A DNA stretch of 64,000 bases from Neoconidiobolus thromboides FSU 785 (GCA_025603075.1 MU626372.1:1-64000); one strand, 5' to 3'; positions 25,585-38,699 are shown, counted from the stretch's first letter. Notes: generated from the sequence alone by a model not told the origin. Numbers and translations: made by a program.

Positions 25585-25849
25585 ATTTATTAAGATTTGT
25601 CATCTAAACTAATTAATGTTATTAATGTAAAAGTTGGACTGAAAACAACTGTAAAGATTTTGAAGCGCTACTACAACTTACTCCTCATTAATACTACTAT
25701 AGTGACGAAATTTAAACTGAAAGCAGTAATGATCAATCCAGGCCTACCTATCTATAATTATTCTTCACCCATCCTCACTAACTCCAAAGATATCATTTTG
25801 ACTATTATCAAAAACAATAAAACCTGGCGAAAATATTCATACATTATAT

Positions 25850-25944
25850 GGGGATGTATTTTGTATTTAAGAATTTTACTATCAGTTTTTCCACTTAAAT
25901 AGCACTTAAAAGATCGAAAAAATAACAAAGCCAAAAACATCTCC
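25850..25944 (+). mobile_element. MITE family copy
   Basis: GGGGATGT...CATCTCC; ATAT/ATAT flanks. Confidence 0.85.
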
Positions 25945-26788
25945 ATATAATTGCTTAAAATTGAATAAAAAACAAAATCAATTTGAACATCCTCATTTTA
26001 AGTATTGAAAATTCAAACAAGCTTTAGAGTGTAATTCAAATACAGATATTAAATGCTATTTTAGCTGACAGTTATTAAAAAGTTTATTTTTATTAATAAA
26101 AGCAGAAATATTTTAAATAAAAATAATAGCTAGTTACACAAAAACAACAATAAAAGTATTAAAAAGAATTATTTTAACAAGTACTATTATAGTGTTCAAA
26201 ATGTATTAAGTGAATTTATTTTAAAAAATAAGTTGATTTTTAAAATATTTTTTATCTAAACATGTTTTTTAAGCAAAAACTTGATGATTTTTTTAATTGA
26301 GTTACTTAGAAAAATACCCATTTTATTTTAGATTTTTGAAATGAAATATGTTTTAATAAAATGTTGTAAACTGGGTACTTAAAATTAATTCTGGTGGGAA
26401 AAAGTTAATTTAAGTTCCCAAACTACAAATTTAATGATTAATTTGCTTAAATTTGATTAAAATTTTTGCAATAGCTGAAAAATAGTTAAAACTAAAAGTA
26501 AAAGCTGAGCTAAAAAAACTAAATAAGCTAATTTTCGGGCTTAATTTTTTTAGATTACACAATAAAATTACTAAAAATTGTACTAATAATTTGACTAGTA
26601 TTTATTATGTTTGAGAGATGCTTCCAGTAGATTAGAAATTTAAATTTTAGTGCCTGAGGGGATACTTCCAGGAAGCAAAAGGTTAAGCGAGAATACAAGT
26701 GGAAATCAAATTTTTATGAGAAAGTTAAAATCAATTAAGTCATAATAATTTTATTTAAAATTAATTATATAATATAAATGGTATTCTT

Positions 26789-28288
26789 CTAGAAAAGATA
26801 AGTACCAACGATTGCAGCTGCTAACAAAGAAGAAGAGTATTTCGTAAATGAAACTCCACTACTACCTTTGTTTTCAGAACCAGAACCTAGAGCACTAATA
26901 TCTTCTTTTACATCATTACAAGAATCGATATTGTTTTTGGAAGTTTGAACTTCACCTAGTCCATTTTCGCCAACGCAAGCATCATTGTTCTTATTTTCCT
27001 TTATATAAACTTCATTGAGTGCCCAACTAAGCTGATCAATAGCAGAACATGCCGAAATAACACCATATTCACCTTTGGAAGGTTCCGATCCAAGTGTTTT
27101 TTTACAATCCACTTTACCACAAAGGTATTTAAATGTTTCTGCAATTTCATCGCCACTTAAATCCGTCTTTTTGACTTTGCAGCTTAATGAATCTACGATA
27201 CATTTACATTTTTTATTTGAAGGTGTTGGTGGTAATTTTTCATTTGATTCCCAATTTTTATCGACTTTGGGACAAGTAGAAGCCTTCGTGTTTTCTGGTT
27301 TATAGTCATTAAGGGTATATTTTTTTGGTTTAATATTAGCCAATGCTTTTTTAAAATTATCATATTCCTCATTGATTTTTTCAACTTTACCATCTTTAAT
27401 TTTAACAATACCATAATGATTTGCTTCATCATTATACTCATAAAGAATACCACCTGCAATAACTTCCTCCATATCGGGTCCATACATAGAATTTAATTCG
27501 TTAACAAATTCACGTGGATGTGCGGTATTACAACCATATTCACTAAGGAAAACGGGGATAGTATAACCTTTAAGTTCTTCAGCAAGTTTAGAATAAGGAG
27601 AGCCTTCGAATGATTTAGCACGACACCAAGAATAGACATTAACAGAATAAAAATCAGCTCTTTCTTCATCTTTGCCACAATTGAAATAAGCTTGTATGTT
27701 TTTACGAGTATTGACATCATCATTATTTGCATATCCGACTAATACTTGATGCTTCTTAGTTTTGATGTAAGCTTTCATATCTCTTAAAGAAGCCTTAACA
27801 AATGGATTAGCATCAGTATTTGTTTTATCATTGTTAATTTCATTTCCTGCAAAGTAGAAAGCAACGTTATCGAATTGATCAAATGCATCAATATTTTGTG
27901 TGAAGTGCTCTAACATATCAATAGTATAAGTAGGTTTGCTTCGATTAATAGAATATTTTGGTATAGGTATATCTAATGCTAAATAAATACCAGCATCAGC
28001 AAAAATCTTCATACATTCTTTATGATCTTTGGCGGGATCGACTTCGTATACTCGGATAACGTTGACACCTAATTCTTTGAAATATTCAACATCTCTCTTA
28101 CAGCGATCTGGAAAAGTTAATGGATCTTCTTGAGTTCCCTTTGGGCTCCCACGGGGTTGATAAGCTATACCTTTCACGTGAAATATTTCTCCTGTGTTTT
28201 TGTTGAAAAATTTGTTACCCTTGGCAATAATGGGGTCCAATGCAAAGGATGAGGCTACTAATAAAGATACAACTAGTCTTTTTAACAT
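26789..28288 (-). CDS. GH72 beta-1,3-glucanosyltransferase (Gas/Gel/Phr family) with X8/CBM43 Cys box and GPI signal
   Basis: KGIAYQP, NVIRVY, FAGNE, FLSEYGC and GGILYEY motifs; Cys-rich C-terminal domain; hydrophobic tail. Likely ATG is 28288 (MLKRLVVSLL). Confidence 0.95.
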   Translation of the reverse strand: MLKRLVVSLLVASSFALDPIIAKGNKFFNKNTGEIFHVKGIAYQPRGSPKGTQEDPLTFPDRCKRDVEYFKELGVNVIRVYEVDPAKDHKECMKIFADAGIYLALDIPIPKYSINRSKPTYTIDMLEHFTQNIDAFDQFDNVAFYFAGNEINNDKTNTDANPFVKASLRDMKAYIKTKKHQVLVGYANNDDVNTRKNIQAYFNCGKDEERADFYSVNVYSWCRAKSFEGSPYSKLAEELKGYTIPVFLSEYGCNTAHPREFVNELNSMYGPDMEEVIAGGILYEYNDEANHYGIVKIKDGKVEKINEEYDNFKKALANIKPKKYTLNDYKPENTKASTCPKVDKNWESNEKLPPTPSNKKCKCIVDSLSCKVKKTDLSGDEIAETFKYLCGKVDCKKTLGSEPSKGEYGVISACSAIDQLSWALNEVYIKENKNNDACVGENGLGEVQTSKNNIDSCNDVKEDISALGSGSENKGSSGVSFTKYSSSLLAAAIVGTYLF

Positions 28289-28693
28289 AATTTTAAAGTC
28301 AAAGGTTGTGTTTTTTAAAAAGAAAGTAAATAGAAAACCTATTTCATACCATTTGTACAACACTTATTTAAGGTACCATTAAGAATATAAAAATATTTAT
28401 AAATAGATGTAAACTAAAGAATATTGTTCAAATTATTTAAAAATAAATTTTAAAAATAAATTTTAGAAATAAATTTTAGAAATTTATACTATAAACAGTA
28501 ATCCTAATTCCTTTCTAAGTGACTCTAAACTTTATATATTCTCAAAACACTTGGCGTACTATTTGAACTATTTTCAATAGTCTAATAGTAATACGGAGTA
28601 ACTGACTATTCTATATGTTTTATAGATTATAATAATTTTCTTAATAAATTAATGATAAAAATAAAAAAGTTAATATTCATTTAAAATAATAAG

Positions 28694-28786
28694 TGGTGGT
28701 TTTTAATGTCATCATTTTTTCCATTTTTTAAGTCCTATTAAATGGAAAAAATGTCAGTGAATTTCTTAAACAGAAAGAGATATTTC
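28694..28786 (-). mobile_element. degenerate MITE copy (variant subfamily)
   Basis: ttttttccattttttaagtcctattaaatggaaaaaatgtcagtgaatttcttaaacagaaagag. Confidence 0.6.
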
Positions 28787-29614
28787 TGTATAAAAATCAG
28801 ATTGAGTTTGAAGCTAAAAATAGTAACTATTATAATTAGATGCTTTCTTTTAAATCAAAATAGTAGTTATCACGACTACACTGCTATTAAACTACAAATG
28901 CGTTGTAAGCAAAAATAATTTTTAGAATTAATAATTTGGATTATTACACCCATTTCAATCTAATATTTCAACTTGATTTTAATTACTTGAGTACTATGAA
29001 TAAACATTACTCACACAGTTTAAATCAGATTAACCCTTTGAGTATTGAATTTCAAAAAGCGATCTAATTGCCATAAAATCAACTAGAAATCATAGACTAA
29101 TCAAACCAACTTTTTTGAGACTTAGTACTTAAAGGGTTAATAAGTTCTTAACTACTCAGAAACCCATTTATTCCTCAAAGCTTCATAATAAATTTGACTA
29201 AACTCATTTCAAAATTATAACTAGATCATTAATATAAATGTTAGAATAATAATTTTACTTGACTTACAAAAAATACTAATAAAAATGCGTCAAGTAGCAT
29301 AAATCATACCTTCACTTTTGAAGGATATGGTAAATATTTTCTAATTTACTTTACAAACAAAACTGAAACTTCATAAACCTGAAATGGAAAATAATAAGTT
29401 AAATGTTATATCATGAATATAAGCTTAACGATTCTTTTGATTAAAAAGCTTGTGAAGTTTATGATTTCAGTTTCATAACAAATTGTTATATATCAATATC
29501 CAAGTGTTACAATTATAAAATTAAAAAGAAATACTATCAAACTCATTTTATTGAATAAAAATATAGCTTAAATCAATTAAGTTATATTAAAAACAATTTA
29601 AACACTTATATCCC

Positions 29615-30133
29615 TTAAGCAACGATAAGGTTTTCGTTAACTGCATTAAAGTTATTATCAAATAAATTGAAGTCATTAATACTATCACAAAATACAGCTG
29701 CTTCAGTATTACGATTAAAATCATTAACACAGAAACTGTTATCGTTAACTGCATTAAAGTCCTGTACAATGAATGGGAAGAAACCACATCCACCAAAGCC
29801 TCCCCATCCACCAAAACCATCACAACGACGATGAATACCAGATTGAGCAGATTGAGGATAAGCTGGTACAGCTCTACGATGGATTCCGGACTGAGCCATT
29901 TGTGGATAAGCTGGTGAAACTGGTGAAGCTCTACGATGGATACCAGATTGAGCCATTTGTGGATAAGCTGGTACGGCTGGTGAAGCTCTACGATGGATAC
30001 CAGATTGAGCAAGTTGGGGATTGATGGGCATAGCTCTACGATGGATACCAGATTGAGGTTGAGAAGGAGGTTGAGGAGAAACAGCAAAAGCAGTAGCTAA
30101 AAGAGATAAGGAAACTAAGGTGTTGAAAATCAT
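29615..30133 (-). CDS. secreted tandem-repeat precursor (5 x ...QSGIHRR) plus Cys/Gly/Asn-rich tail; KEX2-processed repeat protein-like
   Basis: Signal peptide MIFNTLVSLSLLATAFA; repeats ending in RR; paralogs at 59012 and 60622. Confidence 0.9.
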   Translation of the reverse strand: MIFNTLVSLSLLATAFAVSPQPPSQPQSGIHRRAMPINPQLAQSGIHRRASPAVPAYPQMAQSGIHRRASPVSPAYPQMAQSGIHRRAVPAYPQSAQSGIHRRCDGFGGWGGFGGCGFFPFIVQDFNAVNDNSFCVNDFNRNTEAAVFCDSINDFNLFDNNFNAVNENLIVA

Positions 30134-30325
30134 TTTTATAGTTTAAAAGTATTGGATAAATGTTTAGTCAATAAACAGTCAAATATTTGATATTGTTTTT
30201 TGAATGAATCTGAATTGCTTTTATACTCCTTTATAAAAACAATTTATCTTTAGAATCAATAATTTATCATTTGAATTCCTTTTTAAATAAATCGATTATT
30301 AGAATTCCATTTAATTTATCTTCTG
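30134..30325 (-). promoter_or_regulatory. conserved promoter/5'UTR of the IHRR-repeat gene family (TATAAAA plus several GATAA)
   Basis: TATAAAA ~92 nt upstream of ATG; GATAA near 30244, 30264 and 30316; aligns with 60486-60621 and 58880-59011. Confidence 0.6.
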
Positions 30326-31437
30326 CATCACTTTTTTGATTAACATTAATGATTAATAAAAAAATATAATAATATTAGTTTAAAGTTTTATTTTTTATTA
30401 TTATTTATAAATAGATAAATCTACTTTAAAATTCATACAAGCTAATAAAGTATAACTAGATTTAAGTAACTTTAATGTCAGTGGTCAGAATAAAGGAGGG
30501 CTATCAAATCAAAACAATAATTCGATGTCTTTTTAGCTCTAATTTTTTGAATTCTGGTATACTTGACATATAATAGTCTTTTTAATTTATTAAGGGTTCT
30601 ATTAAATTATCTAAATCTTGACTTAAACCTTTTAAGCATTGAAAGTCTTAAAATATTCTTTTTGATTGGACTATAATTTTTAAGAGATTTTACTAGTTAA
30701 TTTGCTTCTTTTAAAATTCAATATTTAATAGTTAATCAAATTGAAACTGTGTAAATAATGTTCATTATGATTTGATTTTAATAAAAAGTTGACAAATATT
30801 GTTTGCCTACAATATTCAAGTAATTAAGAAATAAAGTCAGTTTGATGAGATAACTTGTTTTGAGTATTAGAAGAGTAAAAAATCTCAACTCAAATGAAGT
30901 TTGATTGGATTAATTCAACTTTTTAGTTGAGATTTGAAAAAGAGAATAGCTTGTGTGCTTTTATTTAAACTTAAGAATTTATTTTAATTAGTAATTAAAT
31001 TAATATAATTTGTAATTTCATTAATATATAAATTCAACAAACTATCAATTTCTAAATAAAAATAGAATATATATTTTTAAACTATAAAACTCTTAAGTTT
31101 TAATGAATTAAAAGTTGGAATTCAATTTTTATTAAAATGAACCAATCATTGTCAAACATTTAGTTTGCTTAGCTAACCACCAACAATTGAATTAAAAAAG
31201 GGTAACGTAATTGAATTTTAAATAAAGGAGAAATAAATTTTAGATTGATTACACTTTTTATTTATTTCATAAATAAATAAACTACATATAAAAAAGAACA
31301 AGATAATCTAAAGGTAATATGATAATTTAAATAACTATATATTTAATTAATTCATGTTTAAATTTATTTTATCTTAATTGTTTACTAATCCATTTTAAAG
31401 TTATTTTTGTATTTTTAAATTAGATTAAATTTCAAAA

Positions 31438-32322
31438 ATGTCTGATAATCGATATATAACACAAAATAAATTAGGAGAAGGTACTTATGCCTCTGTTTAT
31501 CGAGGAATTAATCGAGCCAGTGGAGATGTAGTAGCATTAAAAGAAATAACTTTAGATCCAGATGAGGGAGCACCAAGTACAGCTATTCGAGAAATTTCAT
31601 TAATGAAAGAGTTAAAACATCCCAATATAGTACGATTGTTAGATGTAGTTCATACTGAAAGTCGACTTACGTTAGTATTTGAATATATGGAACAAGATTT
31701 AAAAAGGTATCAAGATACTAAGGGAGTTAATGGAGTATTAGATCCAATAACCATTAAAAAATTTATGTATCAATTATTATCTGGATTAGCTTATTGTCAT
31801 GATTCAAGAGTATTACATCGGGATTTGAAACCACAAAATTTATTAATTGATGCTAGAAATAATTTAAAATTAGGGGATTTTGGACTAGCAAGGGCATTCG
31901 GTATACCAGTAGCTTCATTTTCTAATGAAGTTGTTACTCTATGGTATAGAGCTCCAGATGTTTTATTAGGTAGTCGAAATTATTCTACTGCTATTGATCT
32001 TTGGTCTGTTGGTTGTATTATGGCTGAATTATTTATTGGTAGACCCTTATTTCCAGGGGCCAATAATGACGATCAATTAATTAAGATATTTCGTATACTA
32101 GGTACACCAACAGACCAAACTTGGCCAACTATTAATCAATACCCCAATTGGAGACCTAATTCTCATCCTTATTACCCACCCACTAATTTAGCTAATCATA
32201 TTCCTACTAATGATCCTATTGCTTTAGACCTTATTGCTAGATTACTAATGTATCAACCACATCATCGTACCTCCGCTCAAGAAGCTCTTGATCATCCTTA
32301 TTTCCAAAATGTTATATTATAA
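31438..32322 (+). CDS. PHO85: Pho85/CDK5-type cyclin-dependent kinase (intronless)
   Basis: [33 protein letters not shown] and [10 protein letters not shown] motifs. Confidence 0.92.
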   Translation: MSDNRYITQNKLGEGTYASVYRGINRASGDVVALKEITLDPDEGAPSTAIREISLMKELKHPNIVRLLDVVHTESRLTLVFEYMEQDLKRYQDTKGVNGVLDPITIKKFMYQLLSGLAYCHDSRVLHRDLKPQNLLIDARNNLKLGDFGLARAFGIPVASFSNEVVTLWYRAPDVLLGSRNYSTAIDLWSVGCIMAELFIGRPLFPGANNDDQLIKIFRILGTPTDQTWPTINQYPNWRPNSHPYYPPTNLANHIPTNDPIALDLIARLLMYQPHHRTSAQEALDHPYFQNVIL

Positions 32323-33161
32323 TAAGTAGTTTATTTTATATATTATAAATTATTTTATTTAATTTATTTAATTTTAATATTAATATTAGTTCTTTATTTA
32401 TTATAATAATTTTGTTATTAATTTTTTGATTTACTATTACTTTCAACTTAAAGTTTAGTATAATAATAAATATTATATTCATTACTCATTCAAGTTATTA
32501 TTACTTCTGTCTTTAAAAAAAGGATTTCATTTTGTAAAAGGTTTGTGTTTTTAATCAAAACAAAGTTAAGTAGATATGATTCTTTTATAGTTTATAAGGT
32601 ATATATATGTTAAATTATAGAACTAGTTATATTTTAATCTTTTGCTTTTTGAATTTATTAATCATTTCTTTTATATGAGTTTTTCAAACTTGCATAAATC
32701 ATTAGAGTACTTTTATTTATAAAAATGAAATTAGTATGTAATTTATTAAAATAATATAAATTTCAAATGTAATTAATACAATTTAATTTTAATTTTATTA
32801 GTCATTTTAATTAAAATTCTAAAATTCTAAATAACTTATTTTATATTATATTTTAAATAAAATATTTAAATTACACTATATTAATTATTAAGTAACTTTA
32901 ATTAGTTTAAAAACATATTATAAACCTTTATTAATTAGCCTAAAAGTTTAAAAAAGGACTAAATTCGAGTTAACCTCGAATACTTCTATTTATTAGAATA
33001 TTTTTTAAATCAAATTTTGTTATTATTAAGAAATAGATGACTTATAGCAATTAATTATGTTATAAAATTGAAAAATACTAGTTTTTTTTTGAACTTTATT
33101 TAAATAAAAATCTAAGCATTATTAAAAAACTGACTAGTTTATTGTAGGATAAAGATATTAA

Positions 33162-34436
33162 TTATTTAAATAAGTTAATCAATCTATTATGAAACTTTTT
33201 AGAATTATTTAATTTTAATTCAATATGTTGATAGTTAATTTCTTTTTCTTCTTTTATATTATTATTATTGAATGAGTTGAGCTTATTAAGGTTGATATTA
33301 TTATCTACAAAATAATAATATTTAGGTTGATTGAATATTTCACTTTTATAATATCTATTTAGTAATTCAATACTACTAATACGTAATTCTCCCTTCGGTA
33401 TAAAACATTGTTGCATTATTTGTTTATATTCTATTTTAATTAATATCATACATCTTACTGTATATTAAATTGTAACTTACCTATTTTGATTTTCTTTGAA
33501 TAATTCACTTGACCAGTAACAATAGCATAATAATTCTTTTCAACACTTGGATTTCCAAAGGGTAATGTACGTGTACACATAGCATATAATATAACCCCAA
33601 TAGACCAAATATCTACTTCTGGACCTTTACAGAAAATATTAATCATAATAGTAAATGAAACTCAATTGTAATTACCCACATAACAATTTGCTTTTACTAT
33701 TTCTGGGGAAATATAAGGAACAGTACCACAATAAGTAGTTAATTTTTGAGTTATGTTGAAATAATTAGACAATCCAAAATCTATTACTTTTAATTGTGAG
33801 GTATTAGTAATCATTATATTCTATAATTTATATTATTAATATCTATATATTATTTGATTAATAATTAATTAATGTTTACTTCAATTTTTAAATCTCTATG
33901 GACAATTGAATGGTAATGACAATAAGCTAAAACAAAATTTAAATTTAGTAAATAATAAAATAAATAATAAAACTTACTGATAGCATCTAATAATTGAAAT
34001 AAATATAAATTAATTTGTTTGGATTTTAATTTCTTTTTCTTTAATAAGGTAGCCAATGAGTTGCCTTCGATATATTCAAAGATTAAATAATAATACTCTT
34101 CGTCTTTAAAGTAAGTTTTTATATGTATAATATTGGGATGATTTAATAATAAGCAAATTTGAATTTCTCTTTCAACCCACTTATCTCTTTTTAAATCATA
34201 ACTACGTGCTATTTTTTTAAGAGCTAACTTTAGATAGGTTAATTATAGTTAATAATAATTAGTTAATTATAATACTTGAATAAGTGAAAACGAAATGTTA
34301 CCTTTTGGTTACTCATTATATCTTTAACTAAATACACTTGTCCATAGTTACCTTGTCCCAAGGTCCTTATAAGTTGATAACGATCATTTAATAATGTTTC
34401 ATCTTTTTTAGGCTCAATAGACAATTGAAATTTCAT
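33162..34436 (-). CDS. Ser/Thr protein kinase, KIN1/MARK/AMPK-related catalytic domain, 6 exons
   Basis: Five GT-AG introns join GQGNYGQV, LALK, HRDLKIEN, DFGLSN, YCGTVPYISPE and GPEVDIWSIGVILYAM; short Asn-rich tail. Confidence 0.85.
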
Positions 34437-34998
34437 TATTTAATAAAAGTCAATATAATATGCTTATTAAATAAATTTTAGTAATATAAAATAAATAAAT
34501 AAATAAATAAATAAGAAAAAGAAAAAGAAAAGGAAAAAGAAAAAGAAAAAAAGAAATAAGAAATAAGAAATAATAAATAATTTTATTACAAATAACAATC
34601 ATTCTTATTATTTCCTAAAAATTAAAATTAAATTTCCTATTTTTACTTTAATGAAATAAAGTTAACAACTCTAGATTGGAAATTAAAGAAGGTTGATTTT
34701 AAAATTTAAAACTTCCTTCTAGTTTGACACTAAAACATAGCCAAATAACTTAATATAAAACATAATAAACTTAAATATAAAATTAATTAAATTCAATTTA
34801 ACGACTCTTTTTTAAAATAATGATTAAAATCAAAATGAAATAATAAATATATTACAATAAGTTTTAAAATCTATTAATAATCTTTGTTTTTAAAAGTAAG
34901 CTTTTATTTGATCATTTGTATTAATGACTATCAACTAAATAATAAGTTGTATCTCTACATTCTAGTTTTATGCTTTATATATGTCTATATATGTATAT

Positions 34999-35099
34999 GG
35001 GGATATATATTTTTATTTAAAAATTTTACCGAATAGTCTTTCTACTCAAATAGTGCTTAAAAAATGGAAAAAGGTAATGAAACAAAAAAAAACATCCCC
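34999..35099 (+). mobile_element. MITE family copy
   Basis: GGGGATAT...ACATCCCC; ATAT/ATAT flanks. Confidence 0.85.
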
Positions 35100-35104
35100 A
35101 TATA

Positions 35105-36460
35105 ATACTAATCCAAATTCAAGACAATTCAATTATATTATACCACTTATTGACTATAATTTATCAAAGTTTTATTCAACTTTACTGAAACAGTTACTCC
35201 ACAAATTCAAAATCAACTATTATCAAGAAGTAAACTAACAATTTTAAAAATCAAAGCCAATAAATAAAATGGATGTTCTAAAAATTTACAAAATATGGGG
35301 TAAAAAATAAAAAGAGGGAATTAGTATATTAAGTAATCAATAATTTGACCAAATTTAGTACACTTGTTCCATCAAAGTCTAGATTATTTGTCTTTAGATA
35401 AGTTAATGAGTTTCTGATTTGTAACTATAAGTTATTATTATTAAAATACAATTTCTTCTAGAATTAACTTTCAAATTCATTATTTTTATTAAAGTTATTT
35501 TTGTTCTATTTTTACCAACTATTTCAAAACATTGAAACAATCTAGTCAAATTATTTTAATAAGTTATAGACTCAAACAATTAAGATTTAACTAGGAACTA
35601 TAACTTTATTCGAACTTCACCATTATTACTAATAAATGACAAAATCAATAATATCAAGAGTCAAGTAACAATTCTATAAAACTATTTGTCAATTTCAATT
35701 ATTTAATATGAGGGATGTTTTTTGGCCTCATCACTTTTTGCATTTTTCAAGCACTATTTGAGTGGAAAAATTGTTAGTAAAATACTTGAATACAAAAATA
35801 CATTCCCATATGTTATTATTTATTTTTCATTCTAAATTATTAAAAATCAAACAAAAGTAGAATATAAATTATATTAGGATTCTATTTCCATTTTTTATTT
35901 ATAGAATTCAGTCTCATATTAGACAATTTCGATATGTCATCTAACTATCTTAATTAGATCAAGAAGTTATTGACTTAATTTCATACCAAATACTATTCTA
36001 AATTTAAATAACTATTAATAAAAATAAAACAACAATTTTAAATAGATAAAGCCGATAAACAAATAATATATTGTATAAGAATATTTCAAAAGATGGGGTA
36101 AAAAAAGGAATCTGATTAAATTTAGTAACTATTTTCTACTCTAAGTTCAAATTACATGTGTTTAGATAAGTCAACAAGTCTCTGATTTCCAACTATAAAT
36201 TATTATTATTATTATTATTAAACTACAATTTCTTCTAGAATTGACTTTAAAATTCATTATTTTTGTTTTATTTACTTTTTAGTTTTATAGAGAAACATTG
36301 TTCTCATTTTTTATTAAAATTTTTAAAACATTCAAATAATCCGGTGTCAAATTAAATTGTTTAAAGAAATTATACAACATGTGGAAAATGAATTGTAGAG
36401 AGTTACAGATTCAAACAATTGAAATTTAATACAAAATTTAGTTTTATTTGACCATTATTA
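35105..36460. repeat. old tandem duplication of a ~550-bp non-coding unit (35105-35630 and 35880-36460), separated by a MITE
   Basis: Colinear shared blocks: atggggtaaaaaa, tttagataagt..a, ctgattt..aactataa, tacaatttcttctagaatt.acttt.aaattcattattttt, ga.tcaaacaatt. Confidence 0.7.
35710..35807 (-). mobile_element. MITE family copy
   Basis: GAGGGATG...CATTCCC; ATAT/ATAT flanks. Confidence 0.85.
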
Positions 36461-36925
36461 TTAACATGTTATGAAATAATCATAAGAAATTGGGAGATGA
36501 GCAACTGGTAATCCAAGGATTTCAAAAACAAAATGCCAAGTTAATATTTTAATAAAAAAGAAAACAACTATTTTTAGTTAATCAAAAGAGATCATCAAAC
36601 AGACCTCTAAAAGACACTAAAAATAGGCATTAAACTAAATAAATAAAAATAGTGATGTGATAAAAATGGACATTTAAATTAATCGTATGGCTAAAGTTCA
36701 TTACTTTATTTTCAGGGGTAAAAAGGTAACTTATAGTAATTTGATGTGGATAAAGAATTCCCAATTTAAGTTCAAGTTATTGGTTCAATGTCAAACCGTT
36801 AGTTAACTTTTTGAAGATGTTGATACTAGGTTTTAGAATAACATATATAAACAATTAAAAAAGTAATTTGAAAAAATATTCAAAAATAAATAATTTAATT
36901 CAATTTAGTTTAATTCAACTTTATA

Positions 36926-37477
36926 ATGACTATTACTTCTACTTCTAATTCTAATTCTAATTCTACTTCTACTTCCACTTCTACTTCTACTTCTACTTCT
37001 ACTTCTACAATTAATTTAATCAATCAAGATAATAATGATTTAAATTCCATCTATGAAAAATACCAACTTGATATTCATTCAGAAGAAGAAAGTGATAATG
37101 AAGATATAAGCTATGATACTAATTTGACTTTTTTTAAAAATTTAAAAAGACGAGTTTCTCATGGTACTATTAATTTCAAGCCCATTGCTTCAACTAATAA
37201 ATTAAACTTCAATTTATCTACTGCATTATTTAATAAAGGGCGTAGAAATTCATCTACTAGTATAACTACTGTATCTTCGAGCTCAACAACAAGTAAAATG
37301 GCCTCCCCTTCATTATTAAATAATGAGTTGAATCATCATAAACTAGGCTATTATCAAAGAAAAAATTCACATAATACTGATTTTGATCATATTTTATTAA
37401 ACGGTTTTTCAACGGAAGATAATCTTGGGAAAGATTATACATTGTCTTTGACATTGACACCGGATCTTATAAGATAA
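36926..37477 (+). CDS. 183-aa Ser/Thr-rich disordered protein with RRxS sites and C-terminal YTLSLTLTP motif
   Basis: ORF with (ST)n tract from a TCTACT microsatellite; KRRVS, RRNSS and RKNS motifs; terminal motif shared with three other ORFs. Confidence 0.75.
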   Translation: MTITSTSNSNSNSTSTSTSTSTSTSTSTINLINQDNNDLNSIYEKYQLDIHSEEESDNEDISYDTNLTFFKNLKRRVSHGTINFKPIASTNKLNFNLSTALFNKGRRNSSTSITTVSSSSTTSKMASPSLLNNELNHHKLGYYQRKNSHNTDFDHILLNGFSTEDNLGKDYTLSLTLTPDLIR

Positions 37478-38699
37478 CAATCATAAGCTGATTATTGATT
37501 TGTATATATTAATTTGATTCTCAAGGATATTTTCTATACTATCTAATGCTAATTTTTTTGTGCCATTTTATTTTTATTTTTTTCTATCTCCCCTTTTTTT
37601 ATCTAATTAAATATTTCTCTTTTGTTATATCTTTTGTTATTTTTACAATGTTTTAACTTTATTTTTTTAAATTATAAATTTAATTAATTATTGTTTAATA
37701 ATTTGATTTAACTTATTTTAATCTTTATTTAATAACAATTTATTATAAATTAATAATATCTTATACTAAAATAAAATGTCAGTATTAATAACTAATAAAA
37801 TAATGAATTTAATAAGATTACTTTGTATATTACTTTTTTTTTATATAAGATTAAAAGTAACAAGACATCAAAGTATTTATGTTAATGTAAAAAAAGATAA
37901 AATGAAACTAAGAGAAAGAATTAGAAAGACAGTATAGTAAAATTATATATTTTTTAATTTTATATATTTTTCATAAATTACTAGAATCCCTAATTAGTAG
38001 AAACAAATTATTATTCTTAATTAACAAAGTTAAATAATAATTTATTTTTTGATGCGCACTTATATTAAATAATGATCGAAATGTAATTAACATCCAATTT
38101 CATATACCATAGATTAGGTATGCATTTTGTATACAAATATATAAAAAATCACATATTATAGAAAATAATTTTACTTTTTTGTATAAGAAATTTTAAGATA
38201 TAGAATATTTATAACTTATGTGCTTTTGTTTCATTTTATTATAATCTTTGAATCATTTTTGAACTTGCTTTAGAATTTTAATAAAATTTAATATTTTTAC
38301 AATATTTTTTATTTTTATTTTAATAAAATAATTTGAGAAAGATTATTGGATATTAAAATGAAAAGCTATTCTTATAGGTTCCTTCAAAATTCCTAATTAG
38401 AAATTCGCTATCGAATTTTCAACTTTAAAAAATTAGCTCATTTTTAAAATTTACTAAATTGATTGAGAACTTTATTAACAATTCAACTCACATGGTGTTT
38501 TATTATTAAATAAATTAAATAATACTGCACCCAAATAATAGATGATTCAATTATTAGCCTACTTTTAATACCTTAAAAATATGAGCTCACTATTATAATA
38601 TTATTAAAATTATTAGAAAAAGATATATAAACCAAAGAATTTGAATATTTAAATATTATAATACAATTTAATTCGATAAATATAAATATTCAATCAACA

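Noticed and set aside
29587-30087. Alternative-frame and antisense ORFs over the repeat precursors (also 59045, 59058, 60659, 60668, 60733, 60804)
   Set aside because: By-products of stop-free repetitive codons; only the signal-peptide frame is conserved across paralogs with conserved promoters
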